A model generated the notes under the pieces. The model was not told the DNA's origin, ran no database searches, and worked only from the letters and a program-made list of their open reading frames with translations. A DNA stretch of 64,000 nucleotides from Eledone cirrhosa (Eukaryota): positions 216,566,001 through 216,630,000 of the forward strand of contig OZ024743.1 in NCBI GenBank assembly GCA_964016885.1, in the 5' to 3' direction. A program made the position numbers and the translations under genes. Shown in pieces: positions 30,640 to 44,763 of the stretch (position 1 is the stretch's first letter; each line of letters opens with the position of its first letter).

Positions 30640-31400
30640 CAGTTGCCATTATAGAGATAACAAATGGGTTGGCTGGAGAAAGGTCCCTAGGATTAGCTTT
30701 CGGCTGGTGGAATCTCGGGTTACAAAGAACCATGTCATAGTCTGACAGATGAGTTTTTTTTCTACTGTAATGTTATGTATAGTGTTAGCGTGGTTACCAA
30801 ACACTAGGTCCAGAATGTTCTGTTGATGCCTTGTTGATGCAAGGACAAGTTGGGACAAGAAAAACTCATTCATAAAGTCGAGAATTGACTCGGCTGCTTC
30901 TTTGTCAGTGGCTGAGGCTGGAGTGCCTGGTTTTAAACTGTTTGTAGACCAATCGACACAGGGTAGATTAAAGTCTCCCATCAAATGTATGTTACTAGAA
31001 TGGCACTTAATGTTGTTGAGGCATTGTTTGAAGCGCATTATGGGTGTTGGGGTGGCCTATAGAGCCCAACTAATATCAGGTCATTGGCTTTGTTGTGCAC
31101 AGTGACTGATTTACAGTTGCCATTGTATAAGTTGTGTTACCCTCTGCTGTAAAGGAATCATGCAGGAAAATGGCAGTTCCACCCTTCCTTCTGTCAACAC
31201 GATCCGCGCGGTTAGTTGTGAAAATCCTCACTCTCATTTCGGCCTCTAAGTAGAAGTTGTCAAGGTGGGTCTCAGTAAGAATGAAGAAGGGGGTGTGAAA
31301 TGGACGGTTACCAACCCAATCCTCAACGAATGGGATCTTCCATTTCTGTACATTGATGGATGGGCTGATACCTTTTGTATTGAGTAAAAATGTGAAGGCT
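30640..31400 (-). mobile_element. CR1-like LINE fragment (APE endonuclease)
   Basis: HLMGDFNLPCVDW..FLSQLVLASTRHQQNILDLVF. Confidence 0.8.
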
Positions 31401-31444
31401 TGTGTGGTGGCTGGATTTGACTGTTGCAGGGGGCTTGTTATATT

Positions 31445-31505
<61 letters not shown>

Positions 31506-31541
31506 AACGCAAGAGATTGAGAGAGGGGGAGAGTTTGAGAG

Positions 31542-31613
<72 letters not shown>

Positions 31614-31990
31614 GAAGAATATTGGAAAAATAGAGAAAGTGGGATAGAAATATATTTGATACGTGTGTATATTTCCTTGTGTATCTTCGATACTTTGTTG
31701 ATGAAAGTTGAGTGTTAATGTGCCTTTGTTTACATTGTGTTTGTCCCATCTAGCAAGCAATTTCAGAAATTTCAGTTTTTCTACTTGTTAATAATGACTC
31801 TTGGCAATTACTTATTAGAAAAACATTCTTACGAATCATGCTAGCACCATTACAGAAAAGCTCTTTGGTAATAATTTATTTATGTATCTTCAGATTATTT
31901 CCTCATATTTCACATATATTACGGTATTTTTTGTTTCCATATATATATATTACATATACATACATATACATATATCTTTATATATATATA

Positions 31991-32079
<89 letters not shown>

Positions 32080-32127
32080 CATATGCATACATATACATAT
32101 ATATTTATATATATATATATATATATA

Positions 32128-32710
32128 TACGAATGTATATATAGTGTATTTTGCAATACACTGTATGCCTAATTAAAAGCATTTTGAAGACCTTACGCTA
32201 TTGTTTTAAAGTAGTGACTATGTCACTTTCTTCTTTTTTCAGCAAACAAAGGGAGAGAAGCTGACAGATCTGTGTTTCGTACTGTTGGTCCTCCTCAGAG
32301 CTTACACTCCCTGTGACTGCTGAAAATTATGAATGTTGGATTCTTATAGAATTCCAGTAATAATCCGGAACTGATTATACAGTGCGGTTGCCGGTCCAGC
32401 AAAAATTGAAAATTAGAGTTGGTGCTCTGAAATACCGATATATATATGAATGTATATATAGTGTATACTGAGTGTATTACTGGAATTCTATAAGAATACA
32501 ACATTCATAATTTTAAGCAAGCAAAGGGAGTGAAGGCTCTGAGGAGGACCAACAGTACGAAACAGAGATCAGTCAGCTTCTCTCCCTTTGTTTGCTAAAA
32601 AAAAAGAAGTGACATAGTCACTTCTTTAAAACAATAGCATAAGGTCTTCAAAATGCTTTTAATTAAGCATACATTGTATTGCAAAATACACTATATATAC
32701 ATTCATATAT
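32128..32710. mobile_element. Non-coding fold-back PLE derivative; HHRs at 32257-32303(-) and 32532-32580(+)
   Basis: Inverted arms; aggct CTGAGGA ggaccaacagtac GAAA cagagatcag TC agctt. Confidence 0.72.
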
Positions 32711-32853
32711 ATATCACTATTTCTGGGCACCAATTCTAATATATCTATCTATCTATATATATATATATATATATATATCCTAGAAACGATCGTAAAATGA
32801 TGAATTTTTTAATATAAGAACTGTTTCTCTGTTTTTATTCATTATTTTTACTA

Positions 32854-32899
<46 letters not shown>

Positions 32900-32914
32900 C
32901 TGTGTGTGTGTATG

Positions 32915-32962
<48 letters not shown>

Positions 32963-33180
32963 AATATATATATATGTTTGTGTGTGTGTGTATATATGTA
33001 CATATTTGTTATTCGTTGACATCGTATTTGAAAACAATTCGTGTTACCTCGTATATTTGTAATGACTATTCATTATATAAGAAGTAAAACATAAATAGTA
33101 ATGATAAACAATGTATACATATATGTTATTTCAAGAAGAGATAAACTATATCGGAGTCATAATTCAGTATTTAATAATAA

Positions 33181-33520
33181 TTGTTTCTACTTTTGGCACA
33201 AGTCCAACAATTACCCCAATGTATTACTGGTACTTTATCGACCCCGTAAGGATGACAGGCAAAGTTAACCTCGGCGGGATTTGAACTCAGACCATAAAGG
33301 GCCGTAACTCTTTGCTGCAAAGCATAGCGTCCGACCCTCTACTGATACTGCCAATCTACTGTTGGGCGCAAGGCGTGCAATTGGAAGGGGAAGAGAAAGG
33401 TGACTAAATCATTCATTATGGCACTTTATTTTGTCGACCCTCTATGGATGAATGTCCAAGCTGACATCAACAGGCATTTGAACACTGAACATAAAGGACC
33501 GTAGCACTATGTCGTAAGGT
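33181..33520 (-). mobile_element. Two adjacent tRNA-SINE copies, same family as 22437-22615
   Basis: TTTATCGACCCCGTAAGGATGACAGGCAAAGTTAACCTCGGCGGGATTTGAACTCAG, followed by a more degenerate copy. Confidence 0.75.
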
Positions 33521-34928
33521 GAGAATCAACGGCATGAAATCGTAACGTAACGTATAATTACAATTAATCCAATCCGTCTATTTCTTTTTCTTTGACATTG
33601 TTCCTGACAAGACTCTCCATGGTCAATGATTATATGAGTGCACTTTCAGCTGATTACTATAAAGCTGTCAAGGAACATGATTAAAATGTTGGTATATCTC
33701 ATATCATCGCTTTATTTGTCTTTATATGGGTGGTTTGCTTTTTAACAATTATTTAGATTTTACAACGCAGATTGAGAAATATAAATATATTTCAAGAAAG
33801 TTTTTTGATGAACTAATTCATGTTTTCTTTTTCTGTTTATAACAGTTTCCAAACATACAAAATATAATTTCAAAATGTAATTGTTTACTTTTTTATAGAA
33901 ACGTCCACCTGCCATTGAAGTATATTTAGAATTCATGTGCGTAGACTACCTAAAGAAATATACAATGTTAAAGAATACACATTTATAGACTTTTAAATAC
34001 ATAGCAGATACTATCATAGATTGTGTACAAAAAAGAAATAGCTTCTGAAATTCTACAGACATAATACTTGTCAAATATGAACACAATTACAATGCAACAC
34101 ATATGTTTTCTTTTTTCATTTAAAAATAAATGGCTATTTGTATTTCAGTGTCGTTTTAGATATTTGTTTATGTGGCTAATATTTTTTCTCTCAGCTATGG
34201 AAACGGATTAATGGTTGTGGAATTCAATTTGTTTCTGTTCTACGCTGAGTTCAAATGCAGCTGGAGATGTCTTCATCTTTAATAATTCTAAGGATGGTAC
34301 ATATAATCCTAGTAAAGTGCTGGCGCCAATCTAATCAACGACCTTCTTTCTCAACAGACGAAAAATCATGCTAATATAAAAAATCAGTGTAGTAATAGAG
34401 CACCAGACAAAATATCTTACAGCTTTTATTCACGATAGTTTACGTCCTTAGTTTCTCATTGTCTTTCTTCAATTTGGCGATCAATAAAATGAGTACGGGT
34501 TACGTCGTGGCATCAATTTGACCACTTATATTCTCTAACAAAAGAAGAGATTATTGAATATGAATGATATCCAACTTCCTAGTGTAGGCCAGCTTTTAAC
34601 AAAACTTATTTCAAATCTGAAACAAATAGAAGGTATTACGAATAGATTATTTAGACATTAATTAAAGATTGATTAGTTATCTTAAATCGCTAAGAGAACA
34701 ATTCATCTATGAACAGCAGCTCACAGGAAAATTAAAACAATCATCAGTTAACATTGATAAAATGTTGGTGTAGGATTTGTTCAAGTAACAGATGGTTGGG
34801 CATAAAACATTGTCTCATTGGCCTGATTTGACGAGTTCATCCTAACTCGATAAGTGAATGTGATCTTGTCGATCTATTAGAAAAGCTATTTGTATATATG
34901 TATGTGTATATATATATATCTATATATA

Positions 34929-36264
34929 TATATTGTTATAATTTGGGAGGGTCATGTTGCAAATAAGAAACACACGCACCAGTTGCTTTCACTTCAATTT
35001 ATTATAATAAATTTATAATAAATTTATAAATTTATAAATTTCTGGTTGGTTGGTTGGTTCCACAACCAGATAGTTGTTTATATATAGTCATAGTTCTTTC
35101 GTCACACACTCTGTGACCTCTTCAGTGACTGGGGATTCCTTTCTTTGTTTCTGTGCCTCTCCTTTGTTCTGTCCTACGCCATTTTGTTTCTGTGTGTGTG
35201 TTGTGTGCTCAGTCTGCGCATGCGCCACATCCGGGTGTCTGTGTGTGTTTATGTTCGTGTATTTATTTGTTTATTTACATGTTACTGGTTGGTTGTTTGT
35301 TCTATGTGTGTGTGTGTTTTCATTTTGTCCTTAGTTGTAAGTTATGATGTTGCTGTTCCACTCATATTTTCTATTTAATTTTGGTTGTAATTCTTTTATG
35401 TTTATTGCCTCTGTAATTTGTCTAAACATTGCGTCTTTTCTGTGTGTAGATTCTATTTTTATTTCTATGTTCTCTAATTTACTCTTGTGTACTATTTTAG
35501 CATGTTGGTAGAGTACAGATGATTCTTTATTATCTTGAAGGTCTCGCCAGTGTTCATTTATCCGTTATATTTATCCCGATAAATAAACACTGGCGAGACC
35601 TTCAAGATAATAAAGAATCATCTGTACTCTACCAACATGCTAAAATAGAACACAAGAGTAAATTAGAGAACATAGAAATAAAAATAGAATCTACACACAG
35701 AAAAGACGCAATGTTTAGACTAATTACAGAGGCAATAAACATAAAGGAATTACAACCAAAATTAAATAGAAAATATGAGTGGAACAGCAACATCACAACT
35801 TACAATTAAGGACAAGATGAAAAAACACACACACATAGAACAAACAACCAACCAGTAACATGTAAATAAACAAATAAATAAATCAACATAAACACACACA
35901 GACACCCGGATGTGGCGCATGCGCAGCCTGAGCACACAACACACACACAGAAACAAAATGGCGTAGGACAGAACAAAGGAGAGGCACAGAAACAAAGAAA
36001 GGAATCCCCAGTCACTGAAGAGGTCACAGAGTGTGTGACGAAAGAACTATGACTATATATAAACAAGTATCTGGTTGTGGAACCAACCAACCAACCAGAA
36101 ATTTATAAATTTATAAATTTATTATAAATTTATTATAATAAGTTGAAGTGAAAGCAACTGGTGCGTGTGTTTCTTATTGGCAACATGACCCTCCCAAAGT
36201 ATAACAATATCGGTTTCAACACACGATTTCAGATAAAGAATCTTGCTAAACAAATTCAGAAACG

Positions 36265-36268
<4 letters not shown>
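34929..36268. mobile_element. Fold-back of Nematis-like PLE 3' ends (about 34929-35562 and 35582-36210, plus tail); HHRs at 35086-35130(-) and 36010-36054(+)
   Basis: About 630-bp inverted arms, each encoding the endonuclease C-terminus. Confidence 0.9.
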
Positions 36269-36330
<62 letters not shown>

Positions 36331-36449
36331 CGAATTCAATTCGTCGCAACACTGGTTCTCTTTTTTTCTGTGCTATCATACTCTGCTCTATGAGAACATC
36401 GAGTGCTCAAACGGCCTACAGCACATGGACGCTTTAAGTATCCAACACC

Positions 36450-36503
<54 letters not shown>

Positions 36504-36593
36504 GAGAGGAAATGGTATATATTTTGTCTAATAATTCTAAGGACATGATTTATGATGTATATATATATATATATATTGTTATAGATTTATATA

Positions 36594-38665
36594 TTGTTAT
36601 ACTTTGGGAGGGTCATGTTGCCAATAAGAAACACACGCACCAGTTGTTACACTATAATTTATTATAAATTAAATTTATAAATTTAAGAATTTATAAATAT
36701 CCGCTTGGTTGGTTGGTTCCACAACCTGAGGGTTGTTCATATATTGTCAACGTTCTTTCGTCACACATTCTGTGACCTCTTCACTGACTGGGGATTCTTC
36801 TCTTTGTTTTGTGCCTCTCCTTTGTTCTGTCCTACGCCATATTGTTTATGTGTGTGTGTTGTGTGCCTAGTTTGCTCATGTGTTACATCCGGGTGTCTGT
36901 GTGTGTTTTTATTTGTTTATTTATTTGCTTATTTAAATCTTACTGGTTGGTTGTTTGTTCTATGTGTGTGCGTTTTCATTTTATCCTTAATTGTAAGTTG
37001 TGATGTTGCTATTACATTCATGTGTTCTATTTAATTTTGGTTGGAGTTCATTTATGTTTATTGCCTCTGTGATTTATCTAAACATTGCGTCTTTTCTGTG
37101 TGTAGATTTTATTTTTATTTCTATGTTCTCTAATTTGCCCTTATGTTTTATTTTAGCATGTATGTGGAGTACTGATGAATCTTGTCTATCTTGAAGCTCT
37201 CGCCAGTGTTCATTTAATCGTTCTCCTATACTACCAGCTGTCTCACCTATGTACACTATATTCTTATCTTTCCATTGTCCTTCAGTAATCTTATGCTATA
37301 TACTATGTTTCTAGCTTTACAGTTAATATGGGGGATTTGTTTGCAGATTATGCAATACTTATCTATACAGGGAGGTCTTTGAAAAGGGTATGTATTACTA
37401 ATAAATGTTTTTATGGAGGTACCTGGTCTTTCTACTATCTTAATATTTAGTCTAAATTTATCTAGGGCCCCTCTAATTTTGTAAGCTAATTCACCTCTAG
37501 GGGTTGTATTGATGAACATTACACTCTGGTATTTATTGCAACCATACTATTAGTTTATTCTATTAACCTTATTCCTAGTTCTTTCTATTCTATTCCAAAA
37601 TGTGCTCATATACAAGGGGCAGGTCCCATCTGTATCATTATTTACCATTTTTTCCCCATTTGGTTCTGGCTCCTCTATATACTCCGATTTTATCTCTCCG
37701 ATTGTAACCAGAGAACTGCATACGGTGGATGAAGTGTTGTATGTGTCTCTCTAGTTCTTTGGGGTTGCACATGCGGGACACGTTTCTCATCACCCGTACT
37801 AAATCCGCAATCAGTATGTTGATTTTGGTGTGATCCGAAACAGCTGAGTTTCGGTGGATCAGATATTTGGAAATCATGGGTTTTGGCATAATTGGAATGG
37901 AGGATCTGTTTTTTGTTATTAATGGTTTCTAACCCGAGATCTCTGTCTAGTACAAGTAATCGATGGTTGGGGTGTTTGCTTGGGTAGACTATAGTAACTC
38001 TAATACTCTGGTGGATGGAGTTAGCTAATTGCTGGATGCTTTTCAGTCACTGGAGAGGTCAGAGAATGTGTGACGAAAGAACTTTGACAATATATGAACA
38101 ACCGTCCGGTTGTGGTACCAACCAACTAACCGGAAATTTATAAATTCTTAAATTTATGATTTTAATTTATAATAAATTGGAGTGAAAGCAACTGGTGCGT
38201 GTGTCCCACCATACCATGAATAGGTTAGCTATGTCACCTGCAATGCTAACACCAATGGATGCTCCCTCCTCTTGGGCATATGTTTTTCCATTAAATTTGA
38301 ACATATGTTCCTTAAGGGTTAGTTTTATACTAGCCCCCACCGCATTTGCAATCATTTTCTTCAGTTCATCATGGTTGTCGGCACCAAACAAAGAGAAGAA
38401 TCCCCAGTCACTGAAGAGGTCACAGCATGTGTGACGAAAGAACTTTGACAATATATGAACAACCGTCCGGTTGCGGAACCAACCAACCAACCGGAAATTT
38501 ATAAATTCTTAAATTTATAAATTTTATTTATACTAAATAGGAGTGAAAGCAATTGGTGCGTGTTTTTCTTATTGGCGATATGACCCTCCCAAAGTATAAC
38601 AATATCGGTTTCAACACACGTTTTCAGATAAACAATCTTGCTAAACAATTCCAGAAACGAAATAT
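36594..38665 (-). mobile_element. Nematis-like PLE, rearranged: thumb and EN region, an RT piece (38205-38385) and two inverted pLTR pieces; HHRs at about 36745-36789(-), 38045-38088(+) and 38406-38449(+)
   Basis: KPMISKYLIHRNSA..LVRVMRN; YIGETAGSIGERLNEH; FKFNGKTYAQEEGASIG..IANLFMVWWD. Confidence 0.85.
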
Positions 38666-38751
38666 ATATATATATATGTTTATCCCGGGTTCAATCGGGG
38701 GTAACCACAGTAAGTAAGGAACTCAATACATAGCATAGTGTAAGTATTTAA

Positions 38752-38867
38752 TATAGAAATGGCTTCTACAGGACTAAAATTGTTTGATTCAGGAGAAATG
38801 ATCAGGGCTTTCCTGATGATTACTCCCGAATGAAACAGTGCTAGTCCTGTAGAAGCCATTTCTATAT
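38752..38867. ncRNA. Tiny fold-back of two HHRs; the better copy is 38806-38857(+)
   Basis: ggctttc CTGATGA ttactcccgaat GAAA cagtgctagtcctg TA gaagcc, mirrored by a degenerate copy at 38761-38806. Confidence 0.62.
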
Positions 38868-39074
38868 ATATACATATATATTACATGTATGTATGTATTC
38901 GAGAGTGAATAATAATAATATTATTTATATTCGATCTTGATAAGGGTCAATAATTCTTTATGTGTTCTGAACCACTGGTTATGCAAACATTGCTACTTCT
39001 TTACTGTGCACCATTCATTGGCTTTTCCAAAGTATATTGTTCATATCTACCTGAATGTACGTAGGTTATCACTG

Positions 39075-39136
39075 GTAGGTTACAAGTACAAACACGTAGG
39101 TTACAAGTACAAACAGGTAGGTTACGAGTACAAACG
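39075..39136. repeat. 21-bp minisatellite GTAGGTTACAAGTACAAACAC, 3 copies
   Basis: Read directly. Confidence 0.85.
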
Positions 39137-39576
39137 ATGTTTTGCATGAACATACACCTGCGTATGTTCATCAACGAATGCGCATATATAATCATATGTT
39201 TGTGTGCATGGGTGAACATGTATGATACACTTTTCCAACAGAATACGTAAATGTTTTCTCTCTTTCTCTCTCTCTTACTCACACTCTCTCTCACTCTCAC
39301 TGACTCAACCTCTCTCTCTTTCTCTTTCTCTCTAACTCACTCTCGTTCTCTCTAACTCACTCTCTTTCTCTCTATCTGTCTATATATCTATCTCGGAGAA
39401 GAAAGACGTGTTTTTGATTCGCTCCTGCATTTTGTCGGAATTTATTACGAGAAGTGGTAGGTTTGTTTAAGTAACTTGGTATGTGTTGTGTTTAACCCCT
39501 CACCTGGGCCTGCAGACGTTGGGTAAAATAAATTTCGCCAATTTTGGGGGCGAAATTTAATATTTATAAGTTGTCG

Positions 39577-41200
39577 ATGAAAAGTCGTTTAGTGACAATG
39601 GACGCTATTAATACGACACATGCGACTCCCTCCAAGGAAAGTGATAGAGAGAAGGTAGCAGCACGACGCTGTAAGCCTTCCCTCCTCACTCCCGCAAAAG
39701 ACACCACGCAATCAAAACAAAAAAATGTGGAGATGGGTGAAAACCCCAAAAGTAACAATTACACAAACAAGAACAACAATGACAATAAAAACACAACCAA
39801 CAACAATGACAATAACAACACAACCAACAACAGCAATAATAACAACACCAACAAAAGAAAAAAGCAAGCCAACACGAATAACAACAACAACAATGATAAC
39901 AACGCGAAAGAAAACGGACCCACAGCTGCAGTCTCCTTCGCACAGGCGGTCCGAGAAACGCAGACATACAAGGCACTGGAGATCTCGAATGCCAAGAAAT
40001 TGCTGAAAGAAGCAAGGAATTGTGCAACTTTCGGGGAGGCTGGTGAGTTCATAATTACCTCCCCCGAAGAAATAAGAAGGGACACAGTCCTGAGGACCGT
40101 AATCTTTAGGACAGTTTCCAACACGACTAGAAAACCGGCTCAATTGTCCCAAAGCGAAATTGAGCTGGTCCTAAGTAGTGCCTGGAAGGATATCGCTTTC
40201 ATACAGAAAGGAAAACTGTATGGAAGCATATCTGTTTTAATGCAAGATGAATTGGCGGCACGGAAATATTCTGTGTCGCCAATTGTATCCAAAGCATACA
40301 CCTTTTTCCCCACATATTTGGGGCAAAGAACTCAAAAGATAAGAATCTCGGCATCAGGCTAAATGCGAGCATTTGGTGGGTGCTAACGGGATTCTTAGAA
40401 GATGAGGACACAATACTTTCGATAGGCGAAGCCACCGGGGGCGTATTCGGCAGCAATAGCCTTGAAGTTCTGGTCCAAATGAGACCAGTACGGATAGCAA
40501 GAATACCGCAGCGTGTGTCCCTGGATGGACTCGCCTTCATAAACATTTCTGTTGAGGGCAGACGGCCTTCATGCTACCACTGTTCAAGAAGTGGTCACCT
40601 GAGGGCTTCCTGTCTCCTTTTAAATGGCCCCACCCCCCAAAAATACGCTTCTGCCCACCCCACACACAACAACACAACCACCACAACCACTACCACCACC
40701 ACCACAACAGCAACCACAAAAACACGAAAAAATAACAGAAGACACTGTCCCATCCAACCCCTCCCCACCTAAAACAAATACAAAAGATACCACAACAAAA
40801 CCCCAAAATATACCCCTCCCAACAACACGGACGAGGACCTCTTATCAACGTCACCCAGTGACGACGAGGGAGAACCCTTTCAACTCGTAAAAAGAAAGAA
40901 AAGAAGGCACCACATTAACAAAAATGCAACAAACACACAACCACTAGCACAAACATCACAAACATAACAAACAAAAAAACCCACCCCTCCCGAAAACATA
41001 AGACATACTACAAAACGCAAACACACACAAGAACAACGAACAAAAAAGCAAACACAACACAACAAAAACAGTATACATACATCAACACAAACAACAAAAC
41101 ACTTGTGCAAACAATAAACAAAGACCCTTCTGTGGAAACCGAAGGGAAAATATTAACTAAATCGCATTTAAAAGTGATTAGGGTCCCAAGGGACACCTAC
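39577..41200 (+). pseudogene. Tx1-like ORF1 (gag-like), frameshifted
   Basis: SFAQAV motif, CYHCSRSGHLRASC zinc knuckle, Asn/Thr-rich linkers. Confidence 0.75.
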
Positions 41201-41477
41201 GCAATGCTCAAACAGAATTTTCCGAAGACGTGGCGAACCGCTGTACTAGACCTATCCACCGCGTTCTCTTGAAATGTTTCCCCACCACAGCCCCATACAC
41301 CCCTCCCTCACCAAACACCCCCACCCACCTCACACTGATGTCCCCACCACATCCCAAACCACCACTCCACCAAACAACCCCGCCGACACCCCATGGAAAT
41401 TGTGCAGCCTGGTCCCCAGGAGAAGGACAGGTAGGTGTATTTTCCTTGGTCTCCACTCTAAACAATTCACCACCACA

Positions 41478-44400
41478 ATGGCTGTTATAAGAGTTGGATG
41501 TTTAAATGTGCACGGCTTGGGGATGTCCTTGAAGCAGGGCAAACTCTTAAATGAGCTCAGGTCGCACAGAATGCATATGATAGCTATTTGCGAGTCCAGG
41601 ATCAGCAGTGAGCACCAAATGGCCCCCATCTTCGACGACTTTGAGATCTATGCATCTCTCTGTCAGCCTGGGGTGGGGGCGGGTTGGTCGTTCTGCTGCG
41701 AAAAACACCTGGGCCTCGCAACATGGAAGGTACACCTGGACCCGGAGGATCAACTGGTGGTTCTAGACGTCGGCAGTAGTGAAGGTGGAGCCTTGAGGCT
41801 GCTGGCAGCGTATGCCACATCTGGGACACCGCGACCGGACTTCTTCCAACGCCTAGATACTTTTCTGGGAACGTCTCGCTCCTTGCTATTAGTGGGGGAT
41901 TGGAATGGTATCCTGGATGCACGTTGGGATTATGTAGGGGCATATCCCGATAGGGAGGGGGTGTAACTGCCTCAAAAGGTTAATCGGCCGATTTGATCTG
42001 GCCGATAGATATCGACTAGATTTTCCGATTGTATACTGTGGACGTGGAGTAATCGCAGCGGAACATCTATGTCGTACTAGATAGGTTCCTAGTTAGATAT
42101 AAGGATAGAGGCATATTAAGCTGGCCACGAATGTTCATGGTTGATTATTCGGATCACAAGTTGGTGACCTGAGTGGTCAAACTTGATAGACCCGTTTACT
42201 GGAAGCTAAGCTTGTCCTTACTGACAAACAAAGCTTACACTAAGCGAATTAGCACTCTAGTTAAGAAGCGGTTGACGGGGCAATTGTCAACAGCAGGTGG
42301 TGGGGCTCTCTCAAGAGAGAAATTAGAATAGAATCGATAGGGTTTAGTCAGGAATTAGCATCAGATAAGAATAGAACTGAAAGGGAATTGATAGATAGAG
42401 TAGAAGAGGCGATTAGGAGTGGCAACGTGGCCGGCGTGCTGGCGTCAAGAACGGCCCTAGACCAGTTCTTTGACGCGAAGCACGAAAGCTTCGTTGTCAG
42501 GAGTAAAATACGTGCTCTGAGTAACGAGGGGGCCAAAGCTGTTAGCTGGGTCCGAGTGACAGAGGCAAAAATTGGAAACAAGTCCACGATTCGGTCTTTG
42601 AAGGACCAGGATGGACGCGTGATCCTTGAACCTGAGCGGATGTGTGCGGATTTCAACGGCGCTTTGCACGACTGTTCGGGGGTGGGTGGGGGGACCGCGT
42701 GAGGCCATGGATTTCGGTCCATACCTGGACGGTCTGTCTCGGCTCTCGGACGGAGAGGCGAAGTCATGCGAGAGGCCGATTTTAGCCGCCGAAATAGGGG
42801 GAGCACTGAGCCAATGCGGCAAACGCAAATCTCCCGGTCTGTGACCAAGGGCTTAGTCATGCTGGTGAGGAAGGACGAGATGAAGTGGGATGACATAGAT
42901 AACTTCAGGCCCATAACTCTGCTAGACACAGAGTTAAAGATTTTGGCCAAGGTGTTAGCGAACAGGTTGGCGCTTGTCGTCGGGAACCTAGTGGGAGAAG
43001 CGCAGATATGCGCAATCTCCTCCAGGTACATACACGACAACCTCCACCTCATGCCATACATCGTAGAGAGGATAGGGAACGAGCCCTGCTTTGTTGGGGC
43101 CCTGAACAACTTGGATCAATCTAAGGCGTTCGATAGGGTCGACCATAGGTACCTGAATGCGGTGCTCGCGGCGGTAAGCTTCGGACCCGTTTGCAGGGGC
43201 TGGATTGCTGCAATGCACAGCAGCAATACCTGCACGAGGATCAAGGTAAACGGCTACCTCTCGGAGCCGTTCCAAATCATGCGATCCATCCGAAAGGGAT
43301 GCCCTCTCTCCTCCCTTCTGTATGTGCTAGCTCTCGAGCCAATACTACAGAAGTTGGAGCTGTTGCAGGGAATCCCCTTGGAACCGGGATTGCGGAAAGC
43401 GGTGTCGGCCTACGCCGATGACGATGACAGTAATGGTGCCCCTCGCCTCGGAAATCGGGCAGATCGGCACTTTACTGTAGGAATACGAAAGGTTTACAGG
43501 AGCCAAGCTTAACTTGGACAAGTCCTTCGATTTGCAGCTCGGAACGTGGAAAGGCAAACCGATACCCTCCGACGGCGTCGTCGGACGCTGGACGGAGGGA
43601 CCGGTGAAGCTTCTCGGGGTCTGGTTCGGACCGGGCCTCCAGGTAGAGAAAAAATGGGACGATGTAACGGGTAGGGTGTTGCTTTCGCCCAGAAGTGGGC
43701 CGAGAGCAAACTATCTCTGAAAGGTCGAGCGGAGGTGGGGAACACTTATATAGCGTCCGTCATCTACTACCGCTTGACCGTCTTGCCTTTCCCAGCGAAA
43801 ACGGTCGCCAAATGGAGCGCGCGCTCTTCCGATTCCTTTGGAAGAAGCGGACCCCTTTGGTGAGAAGATCCATCTGCTGTCAACACCCTTCGAACGGAGG
43901 GCTGGGGATGCCGTGGCTGGCGATGTGTAGACACGCATTAAGGCTACGACACTTCCAGATATTCCCCACCGGTCAGCCGGTGTGGACCCCTTTTGTGCGG
44001 AGATCCTTTCCGAGACTAGTCTCACTCGCCGAGAAAAGTGGGCGACTGGTACATTGAATGTGCCCAGGCGCTCACGGCCTTCTGGCACAAGGATCTGGCA
44101 ATCAGTGGAGACTCAACCTCAACATTCTATAGAGGGTTGGTGCGCAGCAAGTGCGACGACGCTCTCGGAGAGGCTCTGGGCATGGAGGAAGACGACCTAG
44201 CCAGTCTGTTCGGTAGGACGTTTGGCCCGGGACCGATGGACAACTTCCAAAAGTCCTTGGCTTTGCAGTGCTACAGATGAGTTCTACCCGTTCGGAACAA
44301 GCTCTACAGACACGGGCGCCCTGGTAGGGAGCCCTCGAAGAAGATCTGTCCAAGATGCGTGCGTGACGAGGAAACCGTCGCGCACGCATTCGTACACTGC

Positions 44401-44763
44401 TCAGGCGGTGTTGATCTGTCGGGCTATGCGGAACGACTACTGTCACGGGTGGGACCAATCCGGTTGACCACCGAGTACATCGTCACGATCAAACCGCCTC
44501 CTTCCTTCAAAAACGAATGAGAGGGGGTTTTCCTCTCTGTGATATCTATGGCGAAAGAGGTTGGATGATGGACGAGGTTGAAAGGGCTAAGGTCAGATAC
44601 CTTTCTCTCCGGCCAACAACTGGTCCTTTTTTTCAAGTAACATTTTAGAAGAAGGATCAGAATGGATAGAGAGGTGCTCTACCCCAGCAAGGTTTATGAA
44701 AGGTGGGTGAATGTGGCGAGAATGGCCCGAGTGAATGGGCCTTCTCTCTATAACAGCCTATAG
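41478..44763 (+). pseudogene. Tx1-like ORF2 (APE endonuclease, RT, C-terminal zinc finger), disrupted
   Basis: VGCLNVHGL, LVGDWNGILD, SDHK, NFRPITLLDTELKILAKVLANRL, DQSKAFDRV, KGCPLS, AYADD, CPRCVRDEETVAHAFVHC. Confidence 0.9.

Noticed and set aside
36384-36424. HHR-like tgct CTATGA..AAA cggcc..agca; also the half motif GAAAcgatcgTA at 32783 and CGGAAGA near 60942
   Set aside because: Core nucleotides are missing; at best dead remnants.
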